Part shown: positions 25,901-36,140 of the stretch, one piece after another
Layout: each line of letters starts with the position of its first letter
Position numbering within the stretch: the stretch's first letter is position 1
Assembly: GCF_004010195.1 (NCBI RefSeq)
Contig: NC_057755.1
Coordinates: forward strand, 4,115,462 to 4,179,461
DNA length: 64,000 bases
Reading direction: 5' to 3'
From: Chiloscyllium plagiosum
Lineage: Eukaryota
Translations under genes and position numbers: made by a program
The notes under the pieces: model-generated
Told to the model about the DNA's origin: nothing
Seen by the model: the letters and a program-made list of their open reading frames with translations, nothing else
The model's database searches: none

Positions 25901-26420
25901 CCTTGCGCCCCTCTAATGAAACTGGATATTGTTTAAGCTTTACTTTTTTATTTTCTTGTGACAGTGTAATTACGATGGGATTAACGTTTAAATGACCCGT
26001 GTCCCCGGTTTTCGTCCACACGTTAGGATTTATCTGTTCTTCATCACTAGTCGTTAGTTTATTTATTGTTACAGTTATTGAACTATTCTCTACACGAATC
26101 TTCAAGTTTAACAAAATTATTAAATCCCTACCCAAGAGATTGCTTCCAACATCAGGAATATATAATAGTTGTCCCGTCACTTCTTCGTTATTTCCCTTTA
26201 TTCGGGTCGGCTCAAAGATGGGCACTAAGAATCCTTCGCCTTTTACTCCAGAAACTCTGAGACTCTTATTAGTTACTTTAACACCGCGAGGTCTAAAAGT
26301 TAGGGATGACTGTGCCGCTCCCGTATCCACCAAAAACACTGCCTCCTCTCCTTCAGGTCCCACCTTCAGATTTATCAAAGTTTCCCGGTGGGTCTCAGGA
26401 GGAGGGAACCTCTGACTCCC
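22946..26420 (-). pseudogene. pol: ERV pro-pol (PR, RT, RNase H, IN), frameshifted
   Basis: PR 'FLVDTGA'; RT 'IDLKDVF', 'LPQGFTESP', 'LQYVDD'; RNase H 'LFIDGSS', 'HVPGH..GNRLADEIAK'; IN HHCC 'HQSSHWG...CAGCITC', 'IQVDY', 'DSDQGSHF', 'ERMNQTIK'. Confidence 0.95.
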
Positions 26421-27919
26421 CTATTCTTCATCAAAAGTCATCAATGACACTGCTTCTCTTTGTCGTCCAAACTTTGGACATTCCCTTTTAAAATGTCCTG
26501 TTTTTCCACAGTAATAACATCCCGACTGTTGCCTTCTTCCTCTACCATCTGATCTCTGTCTCTCTTGTTCTCCCCTGTTGTTCTCTGATTCTAACTTTCT
26601 CGTCGTAATTTTCTCAACCGCTGCAATCTTTATTTTAGCTTTCTGTTTTTGTTTCTCGTCTTCTCTTTTCACATATACTTTCTGTGCCTCACGTAACAAA
26701 TCTTCCATCTGGTTTTCACTCCATCCTTCTAATTTCTGTAACTACTTTTGTATGTCCGGCCATGATTTAGTCACAAACTGGCCCTTTAAGAGTCTGTGTG
26801 CTACCGGATCATCGGGATTCATTCCCGAATATTTTCTAGTGGTCTGTTTTCGTCTCTGTAAAAAGGCTGACGGGGCTTTTGCTCCTTCTCCTGTCTTACT
26901 TCAAAGGCTTTTAAAAAAATCTGAGATTTAGGTGCTGCTTCACTAATAGCCAAAATAACCATTTCTCGAAAGTCTCTCATTTCTCCTCTTTCATGTTCAT
27001 CCATGCCCTGCCAACAGGGGTCCACATTGGGGAATTTGTTTTCGGCTGGTATTTCTCTTCACCCACCGAATGTCTCTTCTTCCATTCCCTCAGGGCAGCT
27101 CTTCTGATCATACCCCTTTCTTCCCCTGAAAATAGCGTCCCCAGAATGCTCATCAGTTCACCCCATGTGTACAAAATCGGCCCCAAAAATTGGTCCAGCT
27201 GTTCCGTCAATCCTACGGGGTCTTCAATCAAGCTTTTCCTTTCTTTTTTTAAAGGATCTAACTTCACTGCTAGTTAGTGGTGCATTGACATATCCGATTT
27301 CGCCGTTCCCAACAGGTAGTTCTCTAAGGGGATATATTTGTGCCGTTGCCCCGCCTATGTTCCCCTCTTCCCTCCTTTTCACTGCTCATCTAGTCTTAAT
27401 TGGACGAGGGGGGAGGTCTTCCCCCAGACTTTTTCAATTCTTGTACTGGGGAGGGCGCTGTGGGAGAGGGGAAAATTGACAACAGACCATTACTCTCGTT
27501 GTCGGAAGGCGGGGGGTAAACTTGACAAATGATCTCAATGGGAAACCTTCGTTTCCTCAAAACCTTCTTCTGACTTTTTCGAAACAAGGATTTTCGGACT
27601 CCCTATTCAACAGGAAGCATAGTCAGATTCTTCACAGCAGTATTTTTGTTTCTTACTTACATATATATTTTAAATCTTTACATAGCCAATCTTCCTCTGA
27701 CCCATATTTTGGCCAAATTATACTTGGAGTTTTAATGCTTTCCTTCGCCCAGACAAAACAACAGAATTTTATCATTTCTTTTTTATCCTTTCCTCGCGTC
27801 CGAGGATTGTACTTCCGATTTCTTAACATTTTTCCTAAAGGACTGTCCATTGGGATGTGGTCCTCGGACGTCCTTCTAATGTCTCCTACTAAACTTAAAT
27901 CACTATTTTTATTCCCCAT
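26421..27919 (-). pseudogene. gag: ERV gag, frameshifted
   Basis: Myristoylation-type start MGNK; MA 'IPMDSPLGKML...MIKFCCFVW...WPKYGS'; single CCHC knuckle 'CYYCGKTGHFKREC'; amber TAG at 26423-26421 in frame with pro. Confidence 0.93.
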
Positions 27920-28185
27920 TTCAGTACGCAGTCGTTTCTTTATGTAATTTAGTTAATCTTTCTGAGGTCTGGTGTAACCTTCTTCCATACCCACTTCAGG
28001 GTCCTGAACTTCACAAAGGAGATTTCTCCTCTTAGCAACCGGTCTAAGGTTGGGTGATCGAATCAGGTAGACACCTTACTCGTCAGATTAATCTAGCCAA
28101 TTAGATATTTTATTTTATATGTTGCCAATTCCCCATACTTCTCGTACGTCCCCGACCACCAAGGCAATACTCAAAGGTCAATTTT

Positions 28186-28195
28186 CTTACCTTGG
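28186..28195 (-). promoter_or_regulatory. Candidate ERV major splice donor (for env mRNA)
   Basis: Minus strand 'ccaag|gtaag', a consensus donor in the leader upstream of gag. Confidence 0.55.
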
Positions 28196-28242
28196 TCTGT
28201 GCACAAGAGTTACCTGGTAGAATCAACGCACCCCATTCTGCA

Positions 28243-28431
28243 GCAATACCTGGCAACCACTACCGTTGCCTATCCTGATCTGACCAAACCTCCCGCTGCG
28301 TGTCAGCGCGCCCTGTCCCATGGCAATACCTGGCAACAACTACCGTTGCCTATCCTGACCTGACCAAACCTCCCGCTGCGTGTCAGCGCGCCCTGTCCCA
28401 TGGCAATACCTGGCAACCACTACCGTTGCCT
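28243..28431. repeat. 80-bp tandem repeat (~2.4 copies) in the ERV leader
   Basis: 'gcaatacctggcaaccactaccgttgcctatcctga...ccctgtcccatg' at 28243, 28323 and 28403 (partial); further diverged pieces to ~28630. Confidence 0.9.
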
Positions 28432-28772
28432 GTATCCGGGTCATATGTACAAAATATTTACCCGAAAGAACTCACCACATATCAGCGCGCCCTGTCCCGC
28501 GGCAATTCCCAGATATATCTACCTGGCAGCAACTACCCCTGCCTACCCCAGTCGCCCGGATAAATCTTTTAAGATCTTTCTTACTCGGGTCTTGTGCACA
28601 CAAGAGTCACCTGACCAAACCTGCCGCGTCTGCCCATCTTGTTTCCAGAGTCTCTCAGCCCGGATCACGCTCGTCCAAGCTGCTGTGGCAAGGAGGGAAA
28701 CTCGAGACCGCCGAAATCTGCGAGGTGCACCTTCTCCATTTTCCCAAAAATGCTGAGCCACCGGAGCTTGGG

Positions 28773-28790
28773 ATCCCGGATGAGCCCCCA
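28773..28790 (-). promoter_or_regulatory. ERV primer-binding site, tRNA-Pro
   Basis: Minus strand TGGGGGCTCATCCGGGAT versus the MLV Pro PBS TGGGGGCTCGTCCGGGAT (1 mismatch); 2 nt after the LTR terminal CA. Confidence 0.93.
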
Positions 28791-28792
28791 AA

Positions 28793-29439
28793 TGTGCTCG
28801 AAACAAAATCAATAAAATTTAAATGAGACCACCAACACTGGAAACAAGACAATTTATTCTACGATCTTATAGGAAAGGGCATCAATTGCAGAAGCAAATG
28901 AGCAATGAGAATTCAAATTCCTACACAGTTATACCTTTGAGCTGCGTGAGGTCATCTCTCCCGACTCCTACATTACCCAATCTGTCTTAGTATTCTGCCA
29001 CTGCCCAGCTGTGCTCCGCCCTTATTTCCCCATCTCTCCAAGTTGGCAACCTTTCCCTCTGTAAGTGCTGACATAAGGCTAAACTTGTATCTCGATGTTC
29101 TTCTTACTTTGCTTGTAACATCTTTCATTGTCCATAGGTATATTCCATTCTTGAACATACGTTTTAACAATGTATCTTTTCGTGCCTAGTTTATGCGTTT
29201 CAACTATCTCAGCTATTTTGCTGAGACTATTATTTAAAACATTAAGATGAAAGAAATTATTTGCTTTAATAATTCTGCACTAAAGTTGGTACTCACTTAT
29301 CCACAATTATACATTAAAGATAAAGACACATTTCCCTAATGTTTGCTTAACTGATATTTTACTTGTACCCCTTTGTCTGCACATACACTCTCTTGTTTTT
29401 CTATTTTTGCAAAAACAACGCACTTCCCCATTTCTTACA
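28793..29439 (-). repeat. ERV 5' LTR (647 bp)
   Basis: Minus strand TGTAAG...AGCACA; matches the 3' LTR; followed by the PBS. Confidence 0.95.
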
Positions 29440-29514
29440 GGTCACACCCGGAGTAGGTCCCTTTTGCGTTTTTGTTTTCTCCCGTGAAAGGGTTGTTTCT
29501 GTTTAAAGAGTTGT

Positions 29515-29710
29515 TCCCCGTTAACCGCCATCTCCCGCGCGAGAGGCCGGAGGGGACGGGGCCTGGAGCGAAAATGGCGGCGGCCGTTAACAGCCATCTC
29601 CCGCGAATGGGGCCTGGTGCTAAAATAGTGGCAGTGGCCGGCTCCACCCGGAAAGGAGCAGCGTCGGAGGGAGAGCTGAATATGTCGGCAATGTCCCGTT
29701 CCTGAAGGTA
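29515..29710. promoter_or_regulatory. Small CpG/GC-rich promoter-like patch
   Basis: CpG-rich in a CpG-poor background; YY1-like 'aaaatggcggc' and 'ccgccatct'; internal duplicated motif 'gttaac.gccatctcccgcg...ggggcctgg.gc.aaaat'. Confidence 0.4.
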
Positions 29711-30374
29711 ATAATGGTGGTTATTGTGGTGGGGGGAGAACGGAGAGATTCTTGCTGTTTCTCCCTTCCTCACACTGTCCTACACCAGGTGAATGATGAT
29801 GATTGTCTGTTGTTTCCATCTCTCTGATCCGGGAACTTCACTGTTCCTCAGGTTAGTGACCACTACTAGCCAGAAATGGGATCTGCAGCCACCCTGCACA
29901 AATGTTCAGCGTCTGTGAGGCTCAACGGAGCAGCTCATGTGAACAATCAGTTTCTGTCTGTATACTGAGCACTCACTTTGGGATACGTTCAGATTGAGAA
30001 ATAAAACAACAGCTTGTATTTTTAAATCATATTTTTTGGATATTTGTGAGCTTGTCCAGTTCAATTGTATTCAAAATTGAGCACAATTTTGCAAAACAAT
30101 TTGAGCATTAGTCTGAAAGAGTTGAAACAGAGAAAATTTCATAATAAAGTGTAAAACTCAGGAGCACTGATTGTTGTGAGGCTGGTTCTGACACGTTCAT
30201 CCTCTTTCCCCATCTCTGCAGTCTATGTTGGAATTGTTCAGTGATTCCAACAGCTTCTGTAATTATTTCAGATTCCCAATGGGAGCAGGATCTCATTTGT
30301 CGTGCTCAAAAAATCCCTGTGCTGACATCAACATTTAAATAAGAAATAGGAAGCAGCGGAGAGGAAAGCTTACA

Positions 30375-31345
30375 AGATGGAAAGTGTGGCACTGGAAAAG
30401 CACAGCAGGTCAGGCAGCATCCGAGGAGCAGGACATTCGAAGTTTCAAGCAGAGGCCTTCAACTGGATTTATGCTTTAAATGTTGATTCTCTTGCTTCTC
30501 GACCTGCTGTGCTTTTCTAGCACCACACTCTCGACTCTGATCTCCAAAACCTACAGTCCTCACTTTCTCTAAACCTGTCTCGTCAGGTCTGCGCCTTCTA
30601 ACAACACACCCTCCCCTCTTGGCACGTTCTTTGCAATGGCAGGAATTGCAAAACCTTTGCCCACACCTGTCCCCTCACCTCCGTCCAAGGCCCCAAAGAA
30701 CCCTTCCACATCAATCAAAATTTCACCTGCACTTCCACACATGTCATTTACGGTATCCGTTGCTCCTGATGTGGTCTCCTCTACATTGAGAGACAAAAGC
30801 GCCTCCGTGCAGAGAGCTTCAGAGAACATCGCCAAGACACCCGCACCAAACGATCCCACCGCTTTGTGGCTAAACACTTCAACTCGCCCTACCACTCTAC
30901 CGAGGACATGCAGGTCCTGGGCATCCTCCATCACTGCTCCCTCAGCACCCGACACCTGGAGGAAGAACGTGTCATCTTCCACCTTCGGACCCGCCAAACC
31001 AATGACATCAATGTGGACTTCACCATTTTCCTAATTTCCCCTCTCCACCTTCCCCCAGATCCAACCTTCTAGCTCAGCACTGTCATGACCTATCTATCTT
31101 CCTTCCCACCTATCCACTCCAGCATCCCCTCCATTCTATCACCATTACCCCCACCTCCATCCACCTTTCACACTATCAGCTACTTTTCCGCCCAGCCCCA
31201 CACCCTTCCTTTTATCGCTCCAACCTGGAGGCTCCCAACCTCACTCCTGATGAAGGGCTTTTGTCCGAAATGTCGATTTTCCTCCTCCTCGGATACTGCC
31301 TGTCCTGTGCTTTTCCAGCACAACATTCTTGACTCCGAGATGCTG
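30375..31345 (+). mobile_element. Penelope-like element 3' part (GIY-YIG) with inverted terminal hairpin and hammerhead core
   Basis: 'VIYGIRCS*CGLLYI' GIY-YIG region; 'AKHFNSPYHSTEDMQVLGI...LEEERVIFHL'; core 'ctgatgaagggcttttgtccgaaatgtc' at ~31247-31274; inverted repeat at 30390-30570. Confidence 0.85.
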
Positions 31346-31512
31346 AGAACGCTGCCTGGTTCCACATTGCAATTTCCCAGAAACCATCATCAGAAAGATC
31401 GAGCAGCAATCTGATGGATCCATTAGGTACATTTATGCACTTTTAGACAAAAATCACCAATAAATCCTATCTTGAGATTTTTCCTTTGAAAATTGCTTTT
31501 AAGCTGCGACCT

Positions 31513-31584
31513 TGCAATGACTGGGGATCAAACTCTGGTCAACTGCAAGGAAGGCAGCTATGTTCACCACTATACCACCATCAC
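31513..31584 (-). pseudogene. tRNA-Gly(TCC) pseudogene
   Basis: Minus strand gtgatggtggtatagtggtgaacatagctgccttccttgcagttgaccagagtttgatccccagtcattgca (72 nt), colinear with vertebrate tRNA-Gly-TCC; T-arm and anticodon-arm mutations. Confidence 0.85.
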
Positions 31585-32419
31585 TCTGACAACGAGCTTC
31601 TCAGTATTCCCAAACTCATTTAACTAAACTGTGATCATCATCAATTGAATCGGGCTGAATTAAAAACAGAATTGACTGGAAAAACCCAGCAGTTCTGGCA
31701 GCATCTGTGATGTGAAATCAGAGTGAAACCATTCTGTTACTTTTTTTTTAATGATGCATCAATGTATTTGCGTCACTGCTGGCTGGGACCTATTGCTCAA
31801 ACATAATTGCTGTGGCGAAGATGACGATGGGTTATCGTTTTTGAACTGCTGCAACGATTTGGTGCAGATGAATGTACCAAGGGAGGGAGTTACAGGATTT
31901 TCAAACAATGGCAATTGTGGAACCAAGATGTTTTTCCAAGCCAGAGTGATGAGTGGCTTGATGTGGAATTCTCAAGTGGTGGTGTTCCTGTATATCTGCT
32001 GTGCCTGGTGGTCTAGACTAAAGTGCCGTGGGTCTGGAAGCAGCTGTGGAAGGCAACTTGGTGAATTTCTGCAGTTAATCTTGTCTGTTGTGCACACTGC
32101 TGCTCCGAAGCATCGGTGATGGAGACAGGGGTTGTTTTTGGCTGTGGTGCTGAGCAAGCTGCACTGTAAGTGTATTCTACCTAAATAATGAGAGCACAAC
32201 TACTCTCCATTATAATCAGTCCATTTCACAGATGGTCAGCCAGTGATTACCTGGATATGTTGTACAAGCCTGTTAATTGTACAAATGACCAAGAGATTTT
32301 AAACAGATTTACTTCTTCCCTGACAATAGGTTGAGGGACATTACGCAACTGTTCAACGTTCTCATTCACATTTCATCTGTAAAAGCTGGAGATGAGTTGA
32401 TTGACACAGTTTGTGCACA

Positions 32420-32600
32420 CTGTGTGCGTGTGTTTCTGTCTGTGTGTGTGTTTTTCAGCGTCTGTGTCTCTGTGAATCTGTCTAACTAATTGTCTGTCTG
32501 TGTCTGTGTGAGTGTCTGTGTTAGAATGTCTCGGCATTGTACTAATATTTGTCTCTGTATTTGTGAGTCTCTCTGTGACTGTATTTCTCTGCAATGGGCT
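32420..32600. repeat. Degenerate (TG/TCTG)n low-complexity repeat
   Basis: tgtgtg/tgtctgtctg runs. Confidence 0.7.
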
Positions 32601-32844
32601 GTCTGTTACTTTGGGATTTGTTTCATTTGAAATGACTCTGTCCATTTTTCTTAGGTTTAAAGTGATACAATGCTGTTGGTCATATTGATGTGTATCAGCG
32701 TGTTTTGTTGTGCACCCACCTCTGTCTGCAATGGGACACAATTTATCCTGGAGTGAAGTTTGAATTAATTAATTAATTGATTAATTAAAAACCAATGAAT
32801 CAATGTCTGTGGCTCTGTCTGTATCTGTTGTTGTTTACTTGGAA

Positions 32845-34915
32845 ATCAGTAAAATGAGATCACATGGGATTCAGGGTGAGCTTGCTAATTGGATACAAAA
32901 TTGGCTTCAGGGCAGGAAACAGTGATGGCAGAGGTATATATTTTGGACAGGAGGCCTGTGACCAGCGGTGTTCCACAGGGATCGGTACTGGATCCACTTT
33001 TGTTTGGCATTTATATAAATGATTTGGATGGGAATATATAAGGCACGTTTAGTAAGTTTACGGATGATTGGTGGTGAAGTGCTCAGTGAAGAATATTACC
33101 TCAGATTACAAAGAGATCTTGATCAATTGGTTCAATGGACTGAGGAGTAGCAGATGGAGTTTAATTTGTAAATGTGTGAAGGATTGCATTTTGGTAAAGC
33201 CAACAGGGATAGAACTTAATGGTAGGGCTCTGGGTCGTGTTGTAGAACAGAAAGACCTCGGGATTCAGGTACATCATTCTTTGAAATGTGTATTCTCAGT
33301 AGACAGGGTTGTTAAGAAGGCGTTTAGTAAGCTTGGCCTCATTGCTCAGACCATTGAATACAGCATTTGGGATGTTATACTGAGATTTTACAGAATGTTA
33401 GTGAAACCTCTTCTAGATTAATATGTGCAATACTGGTTGCCCTGTTACAGGAAGGATTAAACCTAAGAGGGCTCAGTAAAGATTTACCAAGATGTTGCCG
33501 GGAATGGAGGGTTTGAGATGTAAAAATAGACTCGGAAGGCTAGGACTTTTCTCACTGGAACATTAGGGATGGGCGGTTGAACTTATTGGGGTTTATACAA
33601 TCATGAGGTGCATAGAGAAGATAAATGACAAGGTCTTTTCTATCTGGTGGGGGAATATCAAACCAAGGGGTCACATTTAAAGGTGAGAGGAGAAAGATTT
33701 AAAAAGGACCTGAGGGGCAACCTTTTTACACAGAGTGGTTTGCATATTGGAAAGAACTGCCAGAGAAAGTGATGTATGCAGGGACAGTTACAACATTTAA
33801 AAGGCAGAGATTCATAGAGATGTACAGCACAAAAACAGATCCTTCAGTCCAATTTGTCTATGTCCACCAGATACCGTAAGTAAATCGTGTCCCATTTGTC
33901 AGCACTTGGCCCATATCCCTCTAAACCCTTCGCATTCATATCCTCATCCAGATGCCTTTTAAATGTTGTAATTGTACCAGCCTCCACCACTTCCTCAGGC
34001 AGCTCATTCCATAAAAGCACCACCCTTTGTGTGGGAAAGTTGCCCTTTAAGTCTCTTTTAAATCTTTCCCTTCTCACCTAAAGCCAATGTCCTCTTGTTT
34101 TATCCTATCCATGCCCCTCATGATTTTATAAACCTCTTTAAGGACACCCCTCAACCTTCGACAATGCAGGTAAAACAACCTCAGCCTATTCAGCCTTTCC
34201 CCATAGCTGAAACCCTTCACCCCTGGCAACATCCTTGTAAATCTTTTCTGAATCCTTTTCCGGTTTCACAATATTCTTCCTTTAGGAGGGAGACCAGAAT
34301 TGAATGCAGGATCTCAAAGTAGCAGAAACAATGTCCTAAGCAGGCGGGACATGACCTTCTAACTCCTATACACGATGCTCAGGCCGATAAAGGAAAGCAT
34401 TCCAAATGCATTCGTCACTATCCTATCGACTTTCGACTCCACTTTCAAGGAACTGTGAACCTGAGCTCCAAGGTTTCTATGAGGAGAAAGTGAGGTCTGC
34501 AGATGCTGGAGATCAGAGATGGAAATGTGTTGCTGGAAAAGTACAGCAGGTCAGGCAGCATCTAGGGAACAGGAGAATCGACGTTTCGGGCATTAGCCCT
34601 TCTTCAGGACCATGAAGAAGGGCTAATGCCCGAAACGTCGATTCTCCTGTTCCCTAGATGCTGCCTGACCTGCTGCGCTTTTCCAGCAACACATTTCCAT
34701 CTCCAAGATTTCTATGTTCAGCAACCATTAAGTGAATAGGTCCTGGCCGGATTTGCTTTTCTAAGATGCGCATTTGGAAAAGTTCATGAACAGGACAGGT
34801 TTGAAGGGATACGAACCAAGCACAGGCAGGCGGGACAGTTTGGTTTTGGAAGATGGTTAGTGTGGATGGGTTGTCCCAACCGGTCTGTTTCTATGCTGTA
34901 TGATTCTATGACATT
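32845..34915. mobile_element. Plus-strand CR1 (32845-~33805, resuming ~34770-34915) with a nested minus-strand CR1 (~33806-34770)
   Basis: Plus RT '[20 protein letters not shown]'; minus 3' ORF 'RRERFKRDLKGNFPTQRVVLLWNELPEEVVEAGTITTFKRHLD'; the plus copy resumes with 'catttggaaaagttcatgaacagg...ttctatg'. Confidence 0.8.
34482..34700. mobile_element. Palindromic Penelope-derived mini-element with a 16-bp TSD and hammerhead cores
   Basis: 91-bp arms 34516-34606 / 34613-34703 (2 mismatches), 6-nt loop; TSD ctccaag(g/a)tttctatg at 34466-34481 and 34701-34716. Confidence 0.9.
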
Positions 34916-35209
34916 ATAGCAGGCTGTCAAATGACAATTTAGTCTCTGCACATGCTCCCTTTGTCCTACAACCCAGGGGCTGGGACATGACATGGAGAGT
35001 GTTGTGGATGGATCGAGACACAGAGCGTCTCTTATACACAGTGAGTGTGTAATGCAGGAACTACAGAATGGATGGTTCATGGGAGATGACGACACACAGG
35101 GAGGGCAATTAGACAGGTGCCATGAAAGGGGGAGGTACTAAGTTTGTGAGACTGCAGAATTGCCAAGGTGGGGTGTGTAAAATTGGGGCGGGAGGGCTGC
35201 AGTTTCAGC

Positions 35210-35465
35210 ATTGAAAGACAGAAATAGGGAAGGAAAGAAAGAAAGAGAAAGAGAGAAATTGAAATGTGAAGGAAGAAAGCAAGAGAGTGGGGAAAAATCC
35301 ATGAAGTTGTAAGAAGAAGTAAGAGAGAAAAAGACAAAAAGAAAGGCTGTCAATAAGAAAGAGAGAGAGAATTTAAGAGAGAAAAAGATTGAGTGAGAGA
35401 GAGATATGTGGAATGTAAAAGAGAGAGAAAATAGAGAGAAAAGAGGGAAACTCAGAGATAAACAG
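35210..35465. repeat. GA-rich low-complexity tract
   Basis: Almost purely purine (gaaa/gaga) on the + strand. Confidence 0.85.
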
Positions 35466-36069
35466 GAGTTAATGACAGTCATGACGAGATTAAAGTTGTG
35501 ATATTCTCCATTCTGTTTGGTCCAAGCTCTCTCGATGGTCTCTCATACTTCCTCTTTCCCACTGGGTACAGACCTTGCTCCAGGGGCTTGCTTTAGGAGG
35601 GGCTGGTTCAGGGAGGGAATGGCGGGCATTAAAGGATCAAACTGGGATTGAGATTCAAATGCTCCCCACACCCTTATGCACAGAAACCAACAGAACCACA
35701 CGGATACTCCCTACTCAGTGCACATGGTGAAAGGGACAGTGGCTGCCAGAACCTGTTTGAAATACCCCCAGGTCTGTCACTCAAAGACGCCTGCTCCACC
35801 CAAGTCCCAGCCCATCCAGTCATCTCCCAGCTCCCTCTTGCTGCATCAAACTTCCCCCAGAGGTGAAGCATAGCCAGAGTCATTTTTGTGGGACTAGAGG
35901 GAGGGCGGTGTGAGACAAAGTAGTAGGTAAGTAGTTTAATCCAGACTGCTCTCTGCCTGCTCCTGCTTAGCATTTTATTGTCTTGGAATAAAAACTGTAT
36001 ATATTCTTATCCTGATCAAATTCCTTTTGCCTTTGGGGTTTCCGATTAATCAATGTCTATATCGTAACT

Positions 36070-36140
36070 TACGATTGCCGGGAATGAAATCCAGGTCACC
36101 TGTTTGGAGGCAACTGTACTCACCAGGATAGTACCATCAC
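36070..36140 (-). pseudogene. Second, more decayed tRNA-Gly(TCC) pseudogene
   Basis: Minus strand gtgatggtactatcctggtgagtacagttgcctccaaacaggtgacctggatttcattcccggcaatcgta; colinear with 31513-31584 and with similar flanks. Confidence 0.65.

Larger units (their letters stand above)
20754..29439 (-). mobile_element. Near full-length class I (gamma-like, HERV-I-related) endogenous retrovirus, defective
   Basis: Paired LTRs, tRNA-Pro PBS, PPT, and gag-pro-pol-env in order on the minus strand, with multiple frameshifts and stops. Confidence 0.95.

Noticed and set aside
28243..28431. Regular repeats as a possible CRISPR-like array
   Set aside because: Pure tandem repeats with no unique spacers, inside an ERV leader in a eukaryote.
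28300..28852. Overlapping ORFs in the ERV leader and LTR as accessory genes
   Set aside because: Mostly antisense or repeat-derived, without true ATG starts or recognisable domains.
35077..35482. Phe/Leu/Ser-rich ORFs resembling membrane proteins
   Set aside because: Translation of a GA-rich low-complexity tract.
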